DNA of 62,658 bases, filler included, from Circinaria calcarea (Eukaryota): the NCBI GenBank assembly GCA_051942165.1. It is 16 parts of 16 records of this genome, joined end to end, with 100 filler letters (N's around TTAATTAATTAA, not from the genome) between each part and the next. Parts side by side here need not be neighbours in the genome. Positions count along the whole stretch, not along the records: positions 58,848 to 62,658 come from JAVECS010002612.1; 15 more parts are not named here. The stretch is one strand, 5' to 3'. Below are positions 60,690 to 62,658 of this stretch, in pieces. The notes beneath the pieces are model-generated. The model saw only the letters and a list, made by a program, of their open reading frames with translations, searched no databases and had not been told where the DNA came from. The position numbers were made by a program, and so were the translations under genes. Numbering within the stretch: the first letter of the stretch is position 1; every line of letters starts with the position of its first letter.

Positions 60690-62658
60690 GACAGCTGTCA
60701 ATGCCCCAGACCCAGTCCTCTGGGCCTGAGGGTGCTGTACCAATGCGCCCGATGGATACTCTCTTAGACACTGCTGTCATTACGAGAATCCGATAGTGCG
60801 ACGTATGATCCCACCCACACACCTCAGCCAGAAGTACTCATGGTATCAACTTCCAACATCTTTAGACCTATGACGCACTAATGCTCACTCTTGGAGGTTC
60901 AGCTTATGCAATAGGACGCTAATCCTCTTGTATCTACCGAGATTAGACCTCGACACACAAAGGATGCACCCTTCCAGTACAACCTACCTCCATGAATCAA
61001 ACAATACTGAATCATACACACTCTGTACATATTCCAACCCACAACGTTCACAAGGGACATCACCTCCTCTGACTGCTGTCAAGGATATACTTATCGACAT
61101 CCTTTCAAGTGAACATATGTGCTTCTACATAGGACATCCAGTCAAGTACCTTGAGGTATAGGATATATGCTTTGGACTTCTGGGCATAACCATGTGTGAG
61201 ACAGGAACACGGAACCGATCATTAACAGACTCCAAAGCACAACCATGTCACTCTATAGACACTTCAAGACCAAGGTCCTCATGGTGGACAAGCATGGAAG
61301 GGAATTTATCATTGAAGAACCATTATGACATTCTCTCACTCAAGCTGTTCAATGTATACCTTCTATCGACTTATATTGGATCTAATGCAGTACATGATAG
61401 AACACTTTGAAAGAAACAACACAAGATTAATCTCGCTGAAACAGCCCCTTTTCTTTTCCATGGACATACATTCAACGCACTATGACGACAGATAACACAC
61501 GTCTCTACCTCTGATAGAGGTCAAGTCTGCAGCAGTGGAAGCATATGAAGAGTGGTATATATGATTTGATGTCATCTTCGGGCATGGCTAGCATGCATGG
61601 GGATGGACGTTAGCAAACCTGCAGCCTGCAGGTTACCTGCATTCACCCACATGATGCCGTCGCTCTGCGTAGGCCATGTCTTTTTGACATATTCTTTTAA
61701 TATTTCTTGAAAATTATATATAAATATGAGGTAAGTCATCCATCCCTTCTGTCGGTCAATCTCCTAGCTGTCTCACCCTTGCACATATGCTTTCCATGTT
61801 CCCCCCAGCCCATCTCCAAGGTCCTAGTGGCCGTTACCAGTATATGCCGTCGAATGCTCTCTTTCCTCAGGGTTTCCTTGGGAGGGACCGAACCCATATC
61901 CCACTCTTAAATCTATGTTGCATCAGCTGCTAATTTCCTTATAGTGCCCTTCCTGCCGCTAGTCACTTGGGGTAATGCCTTCGAAGGTCCGTCTCTGGTG
62001 TGAATCTCAAGTCTAAGAGCAGGCACTGCTTGTCAATGGCGATAACGGAGGTGTCAACCGATTCGGCGTAGGTTCTTTCCAATAATGATATGGTTATTAC
62101 TAGCTGACAAGTTCAGCATTGTGTTGTCACCACCAGAGGAGAGGGCTCTGGTCTGGACTGCATTCAGGTCTTGGATCTCTTCTCTGGCTACTCGAAGGTG
62201 TCGATATGCTGGAGGTTGCAGGTGTTTGTCAAAGGTATGGATGATCTCCTGCACCCAAAAGGAACGGGGCACGTTCTCTCCAGGCATAGAATCGCTTTCA
62301 TGGGGGACTGAATATAGTTCCCTATGATCTTGGTTAGCCAGGGAGAGTGCTGAACAGATCTATGGGGTGGAGGCATACCATCATGATATGCCCTGGACTT
62401 TCAAGAGTTCTCCCTGTCGTAGTCCGAACCTTTAAGTAGGGCAAACCCGAATGAAATGCAGATGTCCTGCTTCCCGTAATGAAGAGAGATCTCAAGTGCA
62501 GGTCGAGTTGAGTGCAGATCCCTCATACTTCGATTCTGTTGCTTTGTGGTGCTCAGAACGGGTGGGTATCGGGTTCCTGCTTCTGCCTTGGCCGCAGTAC
62601 CGTCCCTAAGCATCCCGTCATGCATGAGCAAGACACAAAGCAAACCCACATCCCGTTC

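Overview
This is eukaryotic fungal DNA (filamentous ascomycete, Pezizomycotina-type genes with short GT-AG introns and CTRAY branch sites), and it is not one continuous locus. It consists of 16 contigs of 3835 down to 3811 bp, sorted by decreasing length and joined by 15 identical 100-nt artificial spacers (44 N + TTAATTAATTAA + 44 N). Adjacency across spacers is therefore meaningless and many genes are truncated. Housekeeping genes or gene fragments include kinesin-14, DPM1, SYS1, UTP5, THR4, NTR2, SmG, RPB2, ERV46, BUB2, ARC35 and SPT8. There are also two GH16 cell-wall enzymes, an HMG-box transcription factor, an EsdC-like CBM48 protein, a SET/MYND protein, two SDRs, MFS transporters, an atypical P450, and accessory genes (T5orf172/GIY-YIG, 3CxxC zinc finger, HeLo-like/ankyrin, HhH-GPD-like). 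Mobile DNA comprises a RIP-damaged hAT transposon, a three-copy solo-LTR family (two copies only 8 bp apart) and a TA-flanked MITE family. A relic PKS methyltransferase fragment lies next to one LTR. I see no CRISPR array, rRNA gene or intact tRNA, and I cannot support a multi-gene novel system. The best candidate novelty is a CRH transglycosylase whose tandem splice donors (GTGAGTGAG) could switch between two different hydrophobic, GPI-like C-termini encoded in overlapping frames. All family assignments come from motif recognition, not from database searches.
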